From NCBI RefSeq assembly GCF_009914755.1, contig NC_060936.1: DNA of 64,000 nt; one strand, written 5' to 3'. Origin of the DNA: the human T2T-CHM13v2.0 reference genome, Homo sapiens. The translations under genes and the position numbers were made by a program. Shown in pieces: positions 63,042 to 64,000 of the stretch. Below the pieces are notes generated by a model. That model had not been told where the DNA came from and did no database searches. It saw nothing but the letters and a program-made list of their open reading frames with translations. Position 1 is the first letter of the stretch; every line of letters starts with the position of its first letter.

Positions 63042-64000
63042 TTAAATGAATCAATAAATACATATCTTAAAATTCTCTGGGTTTTAATTTCTAATACAAT
63101 CACTATCAACATAAGGGCAGAATACATTATTTAAAAGTCTACTTGAGACTAATCTATAAACCGAAACTCTAGGATCTTCAATAATTTAAAGTGTATAAAA
63201 GAGTACTGAGGGCAAAACATTTGAAAGGTCTGCTACCTTAGCTAAGGATTAATATTCACTAGTAGTGTTTCTCAAGTAGATTTTTCTGCTCGAATGAGAA
63301 CAAAATATTACAGTCTATGCAGAGAGTTGCATCTCTACATACAAATTAAAATTATATTCAGGTTTATACATCATTATCTTATCAATTAACTTATCATGAA
63401 ACAGTTCCTCAAAACCCTAGTGAAGTGAAAAAGAGTTACTCAAATTAAGGACCAATCCTTTAAAGTATAAAAATTTCCTATAAAACCCAGCTTGATCAAT
63501 CAGCTAGCCTCTCTTTCTCTCTGCATTCTCCTAGATATAACATGTAGTATTTGACTTTTAAAAAATAATAGAATTCTATCATTGTCTTCTAAGTACTTAT
63601 TTGCAAAGAAGATTTTTTTAAAGCTTTTGTTTTCCTTCTCTAAAATTACATCATGTCAATACAAGAAGGACAAAGTCAGGATTTGGCTGACCACAAACTG
63701 AACACGAATTAACTTTTAAAGTTACAGAAGTACAGTGTTTGTTCACCAAGGAAGAGCCAGTTGCTTCCCTCCACCATGAACCAGTCAGACCACACATGGT
63801 CAGGAACAAATGGTTCACTTTCAAAGGGATATTGACAAACTAGAGTGAAAGCAAAGTTGAGCTTCCAAAATGATCAAATCAAAGGTGAGTTGCAGTGATG
63901 ATGCATGATCACCACCTTCATATTTAAGCGACTATCATATGGAAGGGGAATCAAAAGTACTCTCTGTGACTCAGCCATCCAAAATAAAATGGGCAGCCTT

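Overview
Human (or very close great-ape) euchromatic DNA with two convergent genes. On the + strand is the last exon of STAB2 (stabilin-2/HARE; ...DSEERQLEGNDPLRTL*, AATAAA at 1984). On the - strand are 13 coding exons (2-14) of NT5DC3, a HAD-superfamily 5'-nucleotidase-domain protein. I assembled the exons by hand: all have GT-AG boundaries, the phases are consistent, they give 1439 coding nt in the window, and HAD motifs I-IV are intact. Exon 1 lies beyond the right edge. NT5DC3 has a ~5.5-kb repeat-rich 3'UTR ending near 8040. The rest is Alu, L1, MIR/L2, MaLR/ERVL LTR and DNA-transposon fossils. Almost all ORFs in the supplied track are repeat-derived or random. I see no convincing evidence of a new biological system. 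The most unusual structures are: (i) an old ~230-bp local duplication whose two copies were each hit by a different transposon, so each copy preserves the other's empty site; (ii) a ~620-bp nearly pure purine GGGAGA tract between the two poly(A) sites; (iii) palindromic templated-duplication scars in the 3'UTR and at one Alu tail; (iv) inverted Alu pairs placed to loop out catalytic exon 11 or to circularise exons 2-4; (v) a decayed piggyBac (Looper-like) transposase fragment. Repeat subfamily names were assigned by eye and repeat boundaries are approximate. Exon boundaries were counted base by base.
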